Counted from the stretch's first letter, positions 10,651 through 19,997 are shown. The stretch: 64,000 nucleotides of DNA from an uncultured cyanobacterium (GCA_963706595.1 OY970166.1:3104001-3168000); one strand, 5' to 3'. The notes: a model not told the origin generated them from the sequence alone. Translations and numbers: made by a program.

Positions 10651-10740
10651 TAGACATCTGGTGAAAATAAAATCTGCTTTTACAACCCTTGTAGAGATGT
10701 TCCATGGAACGTCTCTATATTATTTTTCACCAGATGTCTA
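10651..10740. mobile_element. 90-bp MITE-like element with perfect 17-bp terminal inverted repeats and an internal REP-like hairpin
   Basis: TAGACATCTGGTGAAAA ... TTTTCACCAGATGTCTA; internal gtagagatgttccatggaacgtctctat. Confidence 0.8.
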
Positions 10741-10802
10741 ATGTAGGGTTTGCTGAAATTTGTCTACATTTGCTTAATCAGCATCTTCCCAGAAAAAATT
10801 AT

Positions 10803-10844
10803 GTAACCAAATTTACTAAATAACAGGTAAAAAATCGTTAGTTT
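10803..10844 (+). promoter_or_regulatory. NtcA-activated (class II) promoter of ntcB
   Basis: GTA-N8-TAC (GTAaccaaattTAC, 10803-10816), 22-nt spacer, -10 box TAgttT (10839-10844), matching the canonical NtcA promoter geometry. Confidence 0.88.
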
Positions 10845-10880
10845 AGTAAAGGCCATAAATGTAATTCAGGCTACATCAAA

Positions 10881-11804
10881 ATGCGGCTAGAGCAGTTACA
10901 AGCCTTTCTGGCGATCGCCCAAACCGGCAGTTTCCAACAAGCAGCCCGAAAATGTGGTGTGACTCAATCGACCATTAGTCGGCAAATTCAGTCACTAGAA
11001 GCTGATCTGGGCGTAGAACTATTTCACCGCACCAGTCACGCCAAGCTAACTCTCGGCGGTGAATGTTTGCTACCTCGTGTCCGCAAAATATGCCAAGAGT
11101 GGCAAACTGCTACACAAGAATTAACAGATTTAATGGCCGGGAAGCAGCCGGAACTTTGCATTGCGGCGATTCATTCGCTGTGCGCTTCTTACTTACCACC
11201 AGTGTTACAGAAATTTTGTCATGAATATCCCGAAGTCCAATTGCGGGTAACATCATTGGGAAGCGATCGCTCCTTAAAAGTCCTCAAAGATGGTTTAGTA
11301 GATTTAGCAATTGTGATGAATAATCGCTTCTTAACCACTGGTAGAGAAATGGTAGTAGAAGCCCTATTTGAAGAACCGATAGAAGTCCTGACAGCAGCCC
11401 ATCATCCCCTAGCCCAATATGAAAGTATACCTTGGTCAGAATTAGTCCAATATCCCCAAGTAGTTTTCAAAGACGGTTATGGAATGCAACGGCTAGTACA
11501 AGATAAATTTGAACGCCTGGAAGCTAAACTACAAGCAGCTTTAGAAGTAAATACTTTAGATGCTTTCCGGGGAGTCGTCCGCCAAGGGGAATTAGTGGCT
11601 TTGTTACCTTATTCAGCCCTGATGGAAGCCCGGAAAGATTCTACACTAGCAGTGCGTCCCTTAGCTGATAATTCTGGTTTCACGCGTCAGGTAGTGATGG
11701 TAACAACTCAAGACCGCCTCCAAATCCCGCCTATCCAGAACTTTTGGCGACTGGTGCTAGAACATATTCCACAGCAATTTCAGCAGCAGCGATCGGCTTG
11801 CTAA
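10881..11804 (+). CDS. ntcB: LysR-type nitrogen assimilation transcriptional activator NtcB
   Basis: LysR HTH (MRLEQLQAFLAIAQTGSFQQAA), upstream NtcA promoter, adjacency to cnaT as in Anabaena. Confidence 0.88.
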   Translation: MRLEQLQAFLAIAQTGSFQQAARKCGVTQSTISRQIQSLEADLGVELFHRTSHAKLTLGGECLLPRVRKICQEWQTATQELTDLMAGKQPELCIAAIHSLCASYLPPVLQKFCHEYPEVQLRVTSLGSDRSLKVLKDGLVDLAIVMNNRFLTTGREMVVEALFEEPIEVLTAAHHPLAQYESIPWSELVQYPQVVFKDGYGMQRLVQDKFERLEAKLQAALEVNTLDAFRGVVRQGELVALLPYSALMEARKDSTLAVRPLADNSGFTRQVVMVTTQDRLQIPPIQNFWRLVLEHIPQQFQQQRSAC

Positions 11805-11823
11805 AGCTATGATTAGTCAAAAC

Positions 11824-11918
11824 TTGACCGGACGAGGAGCGACTGTCAGACTACCCCGGTAGCTAGTTGCAGTGAGTCGTCAAGAATCACCGACGTTCTA
11901 CGTCGGTGAGTATGTCAA
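11824..11918 (+). mobile_element. Orphan IS200/IS605-family right end / TnpB omegaRNA-like structured remnant
   Basis: GAAT at the foot of a 10-bp hairpin (TCACCGACGT-tct-ACGTCGGTGA), then GTATGTCAA ending in TCAA; nested stems upstream; no tnpA/tnpB ORF. Confidence 0.7.
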
Positions 11919-11930
11919 CAATACTTCGTG

Positions 11931-12077
11931 CTGACTTTTCACGGGATCTGGAAAACCTCGCTTCCATTCCTCTCCCCTTGCAGGGGAGAGGCTTTGAATT
12001 TTCCCCCTTCCCTGGTAGGGAAGGGGGCTAGGGGGTTAGGTTTCGCTTTGGTTTTTGCACATAACGTGAAAAGTGAG
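11931..12077. mobile_element. 147-bp MITE with 10-bp target-site duplication (copy 1)
   Basis: TIRs CTGACTTTTCACG / CGTGAAAAGTGAG; TSD ATACTTCGTG at 11921-11930 and 12078-12087; near-identical copy at 45942-46088. Confidence 0.92.
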
Positions 12078-12105
12078 ATACTTCGTGAGATTTATCTGTG
12101 GAATC

Positions 12106-12136
12106 AATCCAAAATCCAAAATCCAAAATCCAAAAT
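12106..12136. repeat. STRR-like heptamer tract (AATCCAA)n
   Basis: About 4 tandem copies just before the cnaT start. Confidence 0.75.
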
Positions 12137-12139
12137 TGA

Positions 12140-13180
12140 ATGAGTAATGTATTTAGGGAACTACTAAAAAAAGTAGGTAGCGGAAACCACACAAACGAGA
12201 ATTTAACTCGTGCTGAAGCAGCCACCGCGACTAAAATGATGCTACTTGGTGAAGCCACACCAGCACAAATAGGCGCATTTTTAATCGCCCACCGCATCAG
12301 AAGACCTACAGGGGAAGAGTTAGCGGGGATGTTAGATGCTTATGAGGAATTGGGTCCAAAACTGCAACCAATCGCCTCTGCACGCCCGGCGATGGTGTTG
12401 GGAATACCTTATGATGGCAGAACCCGCACAGCACCCATTAGCCCAGTTACAGCTTTAATACTCGCCGCCGCCGGACAACCAGTAATCATGCACGGAGGCG
12501 ATCGCCTACCCACCAAATATGGTTTACCATTAATAGAGATTTGGCAAGGCTTAGGTGTGGATTGGACTGCTTTACCACTAGCACAAACCCAGCAGGTATT
12601 TGAACAAACAAATATCGGCTTCGTTTATACACCTGTGCATTTTCCCTTAACTAACGCCATCTGGGAATATCGCGACCAACTCGGTAAGCGTCCTCCTTTA
12701 GCGACAATGGAATTAATTTGGTGTCCATACTCTGGGGACGCTCATATTGTGGCTGGTTTTGTCCATCCGCCCACAGAAGCCATGTTTCGCGTCGCTTTGG
12801 AACTGCGAAAAGTCTACAAATACACCTTAGTTAAGGGATTAGAAGGTAGTTGCGATTTACCACGCGATCGCACTGCAATTATCGCTTTGTCTAAAACACC
12901 CCAAGAAATTGAAAGACTGCTGCTCTCGCCCCACGATTATGGCATTACGAGCAAAAATGTCCCGCTAGGAAGTACCGCAGAATTGCTGACTCAAATCCAG
13001 GAAGTTTTAGCCGGTCAACCTGGGGAACTCATGCAAACAGCCTTATGGAATGGTGGTTTTTACCTTTGGCGCAGTGGTATTTGTTTCGATATGCCATCAG
13101 GTTTAAGTAAAGCAGCCGAATTACTCAATAATGGGGCGGTAGCTGCCAAACTTCAAGAACTTAGAAATTATGTAATATAG
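12140..13180 (+). CDS. cnaT: CnaT, anthranilate phosphoribosyltransferase-like (glycosyltransferase family 3) protein needed for nir operon expression
   Basis: TrpD-like N-terminus (PAQIGAFLIAHR), PYDGRTRT, HGGDRLPTKYG; directly downstream of ntcB. Confidence 0.85.
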   Translation: MSNVFRELLKKVGSGNHTNENLTRAEAATATKMMLLGEATPAQIGAFLIAHRIRRPTGEELAGMLDAYEELGPKLQPIASARPAMVLGIPYDGRTRTAPISPVTALILAAAGQPVIMHGGDRLPTKYGLPLIEIWQGLGVDWTALPLAQTQQVFEQTNIGFVYTPVHFPLTNAIWEYRDQLGKRPPLATMELIWCPYSGDAHIVAGFVHPPTEAMFRVALELRKVYKYTLVKGLEGSCDLPRDRTAIIALSKTPQEIERLLLSPHDYGITSKNVPLGSTAELLTQIQEVLAGQPGELMQTALWNGGFYLWRSGICFDMPSGLSKAAELLNNGAVAAKLQELRNYVI

Positions 13181-13293
13181 TCATCCGCTTTGATTTTTAA
13201 TAGCGTGGGTGGGGAGTGGGGAGTGGGTAAAGAGAAAAAGCCTTTTGAGTTGTAGTTGTACTGCATAAATTCAGAAATCAAATAGGAGTCCTA
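13178..13293. mobile_element. MITE-like element with TAGTCATCCGCTTTGATTT / AAATCAAATAGGAGTCCTA ends
   Basis: Imperfect TIRs; an inverted, interrupted relative lies at ~16415-16790. Confidence 0.65.
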
Positions 13294-13418
13294 TAGCAGT
13301 CCTAAATCATTTCTGAACCTCTTGACTTCTTCACTTGGCGACCTTGGCGGCTTGGCGGTATGCGCTTCGCGCACGCTACGCGAACGATAAATTCATAAAT
13401 CAAATAGGATGGCTATAT
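13292..13418. mobile_element. MITE-like element carrying a 25-nt small-repeat insertion
   Basis: tatagcagtcctaaatcatt ... aaatcaaataggatggctata; uninterrupted relative at ~51054-51141. Confidence 0.6.
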
Positions 13419-13480
13419 ATTAAGATAGTGTGAGGTGTAAAACTGGATCTCAAGTAACTATTTGAAAGTATTAATTCATC

Positions 13481-14269
13481 ATGAGCGAAATAAAAGTACG
13501 GCGATTAGACTTTGATTTTCCTCAACATATTCAAAAATACTGGTTTAATCAAAGTGTTTTCAAGACACACTTATTTAATAGCTTGACAATTGGTGTTTAT
13601 GATGTTGAAAAATATCTCATCCAGAGCGTTAATAGAAGAATAGATTGCATTGACAATCCCCAACTAAGGCAAAATGCTCAAGCATTTATAGGTCAAGAAG
13701 CACAACACTCACTGCAACATCATAAATTTTGGGATAATTTACGCTCTTCAGGCTATAAATTCGATACTTATCTCATTTTTCTGCGGGCAATTTTTTTGCA
13801 AATTTTAGCCCAAACCATGAGTCCTAATTTTAACTTGGCTGTGAGCGTGGGAATTGAACATTTAACTACTTTATTGGCTGAATTTGCTTTAGAAAGTCAT
13901 TTTTTTGCCACAGCCGAACCCGCCTTAAAGCAACTTTTTGAATGGCACGCAGTAGAAGAACTGGAACACAAAGCAGTAGTATTTGATGTATTGCAAAGTA
14001 TAACTAATAATTATTTATTGCGTTTATTAGGTATGTTTATTGGACATATTTTAATTTTCTGGTTTTTAAATTTAGGTATGGTTATATTTTTATATCAAGA
14101 CAAAAAACTTTTGGATAAAAAAGTTTGGCAGGAATGGCTGGAGTTTTGGATTACTAAAGATAAATTCTTGTATAAAGTATTATTAAATGCCAGAGATTTT
14201 TGCAGAACAGATTTTCATCCTGCACAAAAGGATCATCTATTTTTGATTCAGAGTGTGAGAAATAATTAA
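13481..14269 (+). CDS. Predicted metal-dependent hydrolase (ferritin-like diiron family)
   Basis: FIGQEAQHSLQH, IEHLT, WHAVEELEHKAVVFDV. Confidence 0.85.
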   Translation: MSEIKVRRLDFDFPQHIQKYWFNQSVFKTHLFNSLTIGVYDVEKYLIQSVNRRIDCIDNPQLRQNAQAFIGQEAQHSLQHHKFWDNLRSSGYKFDTYLIFLRAIFLQILAQTMSPNFNLAVSVGIEHLTTLLAEFALESHFFATAEPALKQLFEWHAVEELEHKAVVFDVLQSITNNYLLRLLGMFIGHILIFWFLNLGMVIFLYQDKKLLDKKVWQEWLEFWITKDKFLYKVLLNARDFCRTDFHPAQKDHLFLIQSVRNN

Positions 14270-14334
14270 TACTTTGCGAAAAATTGTAGTTTTTTAAACG
14301 CAAAGTCAGATAGAAGTTTACCAAATTGAATTGG

Positions 14335-15234
14335 CTACCCAACCGATAATACTAAACCTTCAGAGGCTAGTAATGCTTGGGGAAAGACAGCTTGAACTTC
14401 TAGTTGTACTTTGTCAAGAAAATCATCTTTATCATCAGGATGGTGCTGAGAGATAATTAACTGTTTCACACCTGCAATTTTTGCCAACTCTACAGCAGTT
14501 TTCCAGTGGACATCAGTGGCTTCATGGTTGTAAGCTGTGGGAGGATTGTAGGTAGCATTGGCAATGAGTAAATCAGCATCTTGAATAATCTGCAAAATGC
14601 GATCGCGTTCGACTTGATCAAGATTTTCGTGTAAATCCGTAACGTAAGCAACACTACATTCTTGGTGAGTGACGCGATAGCCCACAGACTTCTGACTTTG
14701 ATGAATCAATGCCGTGGTAATGGTGACATCATCTAACTTCACCTCGCTTCCCGGAGTCAGATGGTTGAATTGTAATTGAGATTGCATTGCCTGTAAAGGA
14801 TAAGGAAACAGAGGCTGGAGCATCTGATCACACAGACATTGTTTAATGGAAGCACCATTTGAAGCTGCTATTCCATAAATATGGAAGCAATTTTTGGCGA
14901 CAAATGCCGGGGCAAAAAAGGGAAAGCCTTGAATATGATTGGATTGGGAATTAGTAAAAAATAAATGGGCTTCTAGTGGCTCTTCTCGCTTTTGCCAAGT
15001 TCTCCCCAGTATGCGTAAACCTGTACCACCATCAAAAATCAAGTTTTTGCCTGCTACAGATATTTCTATACAAGCAGTATTACCTCCATAGCGGTGAGTG
15101 CTGCGGCATGGAGTGGGAATCAAACCTCTCACACCCCAAAATTTGACCATAAACTTACCCCCCGAATTACTTGGGGGCATAATTGGCTCTTTTGTTTCGT
15201 AGCTTTGAGAACCTGATAACTCAAAATTTGACAT
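14335..15234 (-). CDS. MBL-fold metallo-hydrolase homolog with a degenerate metal site
   Basis: VKFWGVRG, YGGNTAC, IFDGGTG; HxHxDH replaced by NSQSNH. Confidence 0.85.
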   Translation of the reverse strand: MSNFELSGSQSYETKEPIMPPSNSGGKFMVKFWGVRGLIPTPCRSTHRYGGNTACIEISVAGKNLIFDGGTGLRILGRTWQKREEPLEAHLFFTNSQSNHIQGFPFFAPAFVAKNCFHIYGIAASNGASIKQCLCDQMLQPLFPYPLQAMQSQLQFNHLTPGSEVKLDDVTITTALIHQSQKSVGYRVTHQECSVAYVTDLHENLDQVERDRILQIIQDADLLIANATYNPPTAYNHEATDVHWKTAVELAKIAGVKQLIISQHHPDDKDDFLDKVQLEVQAVFPQALLASEGLVLSVG

Positions 15235-15246
15235 TTTTCTTGACAA

Positions 15247-15630
15247 TTAGACCTTACTAAGCAGGTCATCGTAGTGCCGCACTTCCAATAGTCGGTTTTT
15301 TTCGTCCACAATGACGACGGTAGGAGAGTAATGTTTTAACTCTTCAAGAGTAAACTGCCCATAAGCCATTATAATCAAGCGATCGCCTGTAATGCCCAGA
15401 CGAGCAGCCGCCCCATTTAGCTCAATTATGCCCGAATTAGCAACCGCAGGGATTGCATAAGTAATAAAACGCTCACCATTAGCATTATTAACTACTTGAA
15501 CTTGCTCATAAGGTAAGATACCAGCTTTGTCTAATAAAACTTGATCGATGCTGATACTACCCACGTAGTTGATATTTGCCCCCGTGAGGGTGCAGTTATG
15601 AATTTTTGCCAAAAGGACAGTACGCTGCAT
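15247..15630 (-). CDS. panD: Aspartate 1-decarboxylase
   Basis: [12 protein letters not shown] (Gly-Ser autocleavage site), [15 protein letters not shown]. Confidence 0.96.
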   Translation of the reverse strand: MQRTVLLAKIHNCTLTGANINYVGSISIDQVLLDKAGILPYEQVQVVNNANGERFITYAIPAVANSGIIELNGAAARLGITGDRLIIMAYGQFTLEELKHYSPTVVIVDEKNRLLEVRHYDDLLSKV

Positions 15631-15776
15631 TTTTTTTAGTTTTATAGCATTTTTTGCAAATATCAACCAGCGAAAGCTGCTTGTGTCTCTACAAAGGTAA
15701 TTGAAAGTTAGAGTTAGAAGTTAAGAGTTTAAGATAAAAACTCATAACTCACAACTTATAACTCATAACTTTTCTA

Positions 15777-16289
15777 TTATGCTTTAGCCGCCTGGACGAA
15801 TTTATCTACTAAGGCTGCAACTTTGTCAACATCTTGCCAGCCGAGGATTTGTGTGACTTTTTTCTCCAAATTTTTATAGCTGCGGAAAAATTCAGCAATT
15901 TCCTCTAAGCGGTGTGGTGCTACATCTTTGAGTGATCTGACATCAGCGTAGCGCGGATCTTTGTCAGGAACACAAAGAATTTTTTCATCGCGATCGCCAC
16001 CGTCAATCATTTCTAGCATCCCAATGGGGCGACATGGAATCACACAACCAGGAAAAGTCGGTTCATCCATCATCACCATCCCATCCAGAGGATCGCCATC
16101 ATCAGCTAAAGTATTAGGTACAAAGCCGTAGTCATAGGGATATCGTACCGAAGAATAAAGCACTCTGTCTAGGGCGAAGGCTTCCAAATCCTTGTCAAAC
16201 TCGTATTTATTTTTACTCCCGCCAGGGATTTCAATTAAAACATTGAGTATACCGGGTTTTGGTTGGGCAGGAATACGGGATAAGTCCAC
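15777..16289 (-). CDS. ppa: Inorganic pyrophosphatase
   Basis: [31 protein letters not shown]. Confidence 0.97.
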   Translation of the reverse strand: MDLSRIPAQPKPGILNVLIEIPGGSKNKYEFDKDLEAFALDRVLYSSVRYPYDYGFVPNTLADDGDPLDGMVMMDEPTFPGCVIPCRPIGMLEMIDGGDRDEKILCVPDKDPRYADVRSLKDVAPHRLEEIAEFFRSYKNLEKKVTQILGWQDVDKVAALVDKFVQAAKA

Positions 16290-16414
16290 AAAAAAATCCT
16301 CTGATAACAGTAAATTCAGGTAGCGCTGAGTTATGGCTACCTCTGTAAAATTTTAAAGCCAAGATGGACTTCTTCCCAAAATATTAATCTGAATAATTGT
16401 TCAGCAACGCAAAT

Positions 16415-16790
16415 ATAGGACTCCTATTTGATTTCTGCACAACAGCTTACAACTCAAAATGGCTTTTTCCCACTCCCCAGAAGAAGCAGGGGCGCAGGGC
16501 GCACCGGAGTAAGGGAGAGTCAGAAATTATTTTAAACTTCCGGTTACTTACAGCAGTTTTTATGTATTTGAACCACAATTATTAGACCTAACCCCCAGCC
16601 CCTTCCCTACAAGGGAAGGGGGGTCAATCAAAGCCTCTCTCCTTGCAGGAGAGAGGTTTGGAGAGAGGTCGGTTTGTGGTCTATTTACCTGAAAATAGCT
16701 GTAACAACCATTCTTCTTCTCCCCACTCCCCACTCCCCACTCCCCACTCCCCACCTACGCAAATAAGTTCCAAAATCAAAGCAGATTACC
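16415..16790. mobile_element. Nested MITE-like cluster: outer element related to 13178-13293, inner TA-flanked element at ~16548-16703, and a CCCCACT tract
   Basis: Outer ends taggactcctatttgattt / aaatcaaagcagattac; inner imperfect TIRs tacagcagtttttatgtatttgaaccac / gtggtctatttacctgaaaatagctgta. Confidence 0.6.
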
Positions 16791-16794
16791 ACAA

Positions 16795-16829
16795 TAAAAA
16801 GCGTTGTGAGAACTCCCCGCAACGCTTTC
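16795..16829 (-). terminator. Probable intrinsic terminator
   Basis: aaaagcgttgtgagaactccccgcaacgctttt hairpin with a U-tract on the minus strand. Confidence 0.55.
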
Positions 16830-17013
16830 GACAATTCAGACATCTATCTCTGGTGAGAAACAAAAAAACTTCAACTACACATATCTCAATCAGTCAGAAG
16901 ACAATACAGATTCAGATCATGCCGGGTTAACTACATCTCCAAAATATCAAATCACAAGGGGTTTTCTCCTTCTGCGAGCGAACTGGCTGTGAAATGCTAC
17001 TTGCACCTGTTGT

Positions 17014-17199
17014 TTAGTTTCCACGAATTGGCATTGTATAGGTTTTGGGTTGCGGGTTATTTGAAACATCCGTCGAATAGTGGGCAATGACAAACACAGG
17101 TAGTGTTAGAGTCACTAGAGCGATCGCCGTTCCCACAATGTCTGCCAAACGATGGGAATATGTATCGGTAGGGCTGGCAGACTGGCTATTTGCGTCCAT
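17014..17199 (-). CDS. Small membrane protein, hypothetical
   Basis: 61 aa with one hydrophobic helix (IVGTAIALVTLTLPVFVIA). Confidence 0.65.
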   Translation of the reverse strand: MDANSQSASPTDTYSHRLADIVGTAIALVTLTLPVFVIAHYSTDVSNNPQPKTYTMPIRGN

Positions 17200-17965
17200 A
17201 CAAATTTGAAATTCGTCACTTTTCTAGTAGGTTTACTCTCAATAAAGAGAGTGTTGATGCTATTCTAACTATTTTTTCCGTGTCAACTATATAGCAGCCA
17301 AAAAGTTCACCCAGTTTAGCAATTTTCACAAGAGCAAATTAATAACTGTTGTTTTTGATACAAAAGTACCAAAAAATATCAACATCTAGACTTGGCGAAT
17401 AATTAGTTACACTCTCACGCTATACTTTACGCTTAACGGGTTAAGAATAGGTTAAACATTAGCTAAATAAATCACATTTTTATTTGAGCATATATATAAT
17501 TATTCATCCCAATTAGTTAAACCTGCTACTACGAAAACATCTGTAAATAGCTTCAGAGAATAGATTGAGGCTGTTATGGGGTTAAAAACATAGTCAACAA
17601 TCGAGTCAAGTTGTCTCAATGTAAATTGATTTTTTAAACAATATAGTTGCAGTAGTATTTTAGGTATCGTCAACCCAGGAATTCTATGTAAATCCAACTA
17701 TAGGAAACATGAGTATCACTGAAAAAGCACAGCAATAATAGGCATATTGGACTATATTAGTGATGCGATCGCACTGAAAAAATCTTTCCGCTTCATCAAA
17801 GCCCAACCTGGGTAATACTACCTCATTTTTGTCAATCTACATATAGATAGATACCAAATCGAGCCTGTCATCCCATTCCTTAGCGAGACTAAGCCGAATT
17901 CCTTTCTTTCTTTGGGTACTTTGTGTCCTTTGCGGTTGGTTAATCCAAAATGGGGATGAAATTAA

Positions 17966-18069
17966 TATAGCGGTATGCACTTGAATGAAATACATCATAG
18001 CCCCCTCCTTGCTTGCGGGGAGGGGGTTGGGGGTGGGGTTCTTGTATCTCACTCAACCGAGAACCGCTA
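17966..18069. mobile_element. ~105-bp TA-flanked MITE-like repeat (TAGCGG... family)
   Basis: Core aaccccacccccaaccccctccccgcaagc(g/a)aggagggggctatga shared with 27427, 47947, 49483 and 59526. Confidence 0.8.
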
Positions 18070-18229
18070 CTTCTAAATCTTGGATTTGTTTCTCTGTATC
18101 TGGAGAAGCTACAGGTTGAGTGATAACAGGTGTGTTTTGATTCTCACCTAGAAACACAAACGAGAAAATCAGATAAATAGCTAATACCAGAATTATACCA
18201 AAAGCGAGATAATTCAATTGTTCTAACAT
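18053..18229 (-). CDS. Small single-TM protein or truncated gene; stop lies inside the MITE
   Basis: ATG 2 nt after the upstream stop; hydrophobic LAFGIILVLAIYLIFSFVFL. Confidence 0.45.
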   Translation of the reverse strand: MLEQLNYLAFGIILVLAIYLIFSFVFLGENQNTPVITQPVASPDTEKQIQDLEVAVLG

Positions 18230-18230
18230 A

Positions 18231-18728
18231 TTATTGCGTTGATTTTTCAAACAAAAAGGGTTTAACAGATACAATCATTCGTTCTAACTCAGTTTTATTA
18301 TGTATGAGAAGGCGATGTCCCCATAATTCATTCTTGTTTTCAGCGCAGTCTGTCGCCAGAGATTCTCCAATAGCCTCAAAACTCTTTTGAATATTTCTCT
18401 TTAAACTCTCTGGGTTAGATTGTACTCCTAAAACAAACACTCTATTTTTTATATCTTCGGGAATATGGCTTTCTACATAAATTAATCTATCTTCACACTG
18501 ATCAAAGTCCAACAGTAACACCATCATACTTTGTGGATATTGTCGCATTTTACGGACATGATCATTCATCAACTTATCTACAACTTTTTTCCACCCATTA
18601 GCAATTGGTAGAATTTGAATAGCACGAGCGTTCACGTTTAAATCTTGAATAAATCCGTTGGCAATCTGGCGATTAGCATCATCTTCAGGTAAGATAAAAA
18701 GGTGCGGTTTATTCTTGTTAATGCTCAT
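18231..18728 (-). CDS. TOPRIM-like protein (DUF4276/DUF3226-type partner of an ABC ATPase)
   Basis: LFILPEDDAN (TOPRIM Glu motif) and VLLLDFD (DxD); ATGA overlap with the upstream ATPase stop. Confidence 0.7.
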   Translation of the reverse strand: MSINKNKPHLFILPEDDANRQIANGFIQDLNVNARAIQILPIANGWKKVVDKLMNDHVRKMRQYPQSMMVLLLDFDQCEDRLIYVESHIPEDIKNRVFVLGVQSNPESLKRNIQKSFEAIGESLATDCAENKNELWGHRLLIHNKTELERMIVSVKPFLFEKSTQ

Positions 18729-19834
18729 AATGAGATATCGCCACAAATCAAAGCATTTATCAAATCTCCTGGAATAGATATATCACTAAGCGGTCTAATT
18801 AAAGTAGGCTCTAAGTGACTTTTTCGATCAAGTACAAAGGTATTTTCATTAGAAAACTTGCGGATAGCTTCAGGGTTATGAGAAGTTGCTAAAATTTGTC
18901 CACTGTTCTTAAATGAGCGTCGCAGTGATGTAATGAAATGTCCAACCTCTGAGATAGAAAGATAGTTATCCGGCTCATCCCAAAAGCAAAAAAGTGGCCC
19001 ATAGAACTTATTAGCTGCTAACACCACCGCGCAGAGAAAAAAGCATTTCTCCCCATCGGATAAGTCTTCAAAGTTCACACTGAGATTTGCATGGTTTTCT
19101 TCAAATCGAACAACCAAGCTTTTGAAGTCTTTACCAATAAGTTCATTGAGAAAATCTTGAAAATCTGGCATAATTTCTCGCAGATATTTGTCAACCTCTC
19201 TGTAAGCAGCAGGATATCTACCAAGTAACCCAGAAAACCACTCGCCAATATTTGAACCATCTCGTTTTGGTTCTAAAGTTTCGCCGTAGGAATCTCCAGT
19301 CATTAAGCTGGGAATTGGTGCTAAAATAATGATCTGAGCCAGCCAAGTCTTGAAAGTGCGAAGCGGATCAGTTTCAGATTGCTCCTGAATCAGTGGAAGG
19401 GCTACCAAATGCCAATCGACTAAAAATTGAGCTTCCCGATTTTGGAAGGTAGAATAAAGATTAACTTGGGCTTGTTTTCGAGAGTAAAGGATATTGTTAT
19501 CAACTAATAATTGCTCTTCAAAAACTCGCAGTTCTTTAAACTTTTCTGGTAGCTCTAAAGCCAGGACATATTTATATAATTTCTCTTCTAATAATACTTC
19601 TATTTCTAACCGAATAGGAACATCAGACCGCCCACGAGCAAAATCTTTAGACTGCACAAGTTGTCCAACTCTATTGATACCTCTACCGATAGATTGAAAT
19701 ACCTCTAACGCGGAGGAAATAGTAGATTTACCAGCACCATTTTTGCCAATCAAGAGAGCAGATGACATCTCTTTCATGGTAAATTTAAAGTCTTCTAGAC
19801 ATCGATAGTTGTGTACATATAGTCTTTGCAGCAT
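18725..19834 (-). CDS. ABC-type (AAA_15/AAA_21, OLD/SMC-like) ATPase
   Basis: Walker A GKNGAGKS, signature LSDGEK, Walker B FWDEPDNYL, H-loop ATSHN. Confidence 0.9.
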   Translation of the reverse strand: MLQRLYVHNYRCLEDFKFTMKEMSSALLIGKNGAGKSTISSALEVFQSIGRGINRVGQLVQSKDFARGRSDVPIRLEIEVLLEEKLYKYVLALELPEKFKELRVFEEQLLVDNNILYSRKQAQVNLYSTFQNREAQFLVDWHLVALPLIQEQSETDPLRTFKTWLAQIIILAPIPSLMTGDSYGETLEPKRDGSNIGEWFSGLLGRYPAAYREVDKYLREIMPDFQDFLNELIGKDFKSLVVRFEENHANLSVNFEDLSDGEKCFFLCAVVLAANKFYGPLFCFWDEPDNYLSISEVGHFITSLRRSFKNSGQILATSHNPEAIRKFSNENTFVLDRKSHLEPTLIRPLSDISIPGDLINALICGDISL

Positions 19835-19997
19835 AATAGAAATATTCCCCTCAGTGGGAAGTGAATAAATTTTTCATAGGATATACCTATTATAAGTTCC
19901 AACAGGCGATTTATTAGAGAGAACCCCGCCAGTGTTTCGGCTATTTATCATCACTACTGCTGCAAAGATTGATTTTCAGATAGAGAGAGTTCAAAAA

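Noticed and set aside
11928..12297. Short ORFs 11928-12143 (+) and 12028-12297 (-)
   Set aside because: Derived from MITE/STRR sequence or antisense to cnaT
16397..16930. Short ORFs in the region upstream of ppa
   Set aside because: They lie largely within nested MITE/STRR repeats
17500..18052. ORFs 17500-17697 and 17837-18052
   Set aside because: No recognisable motifs; the second starts inside a MITE
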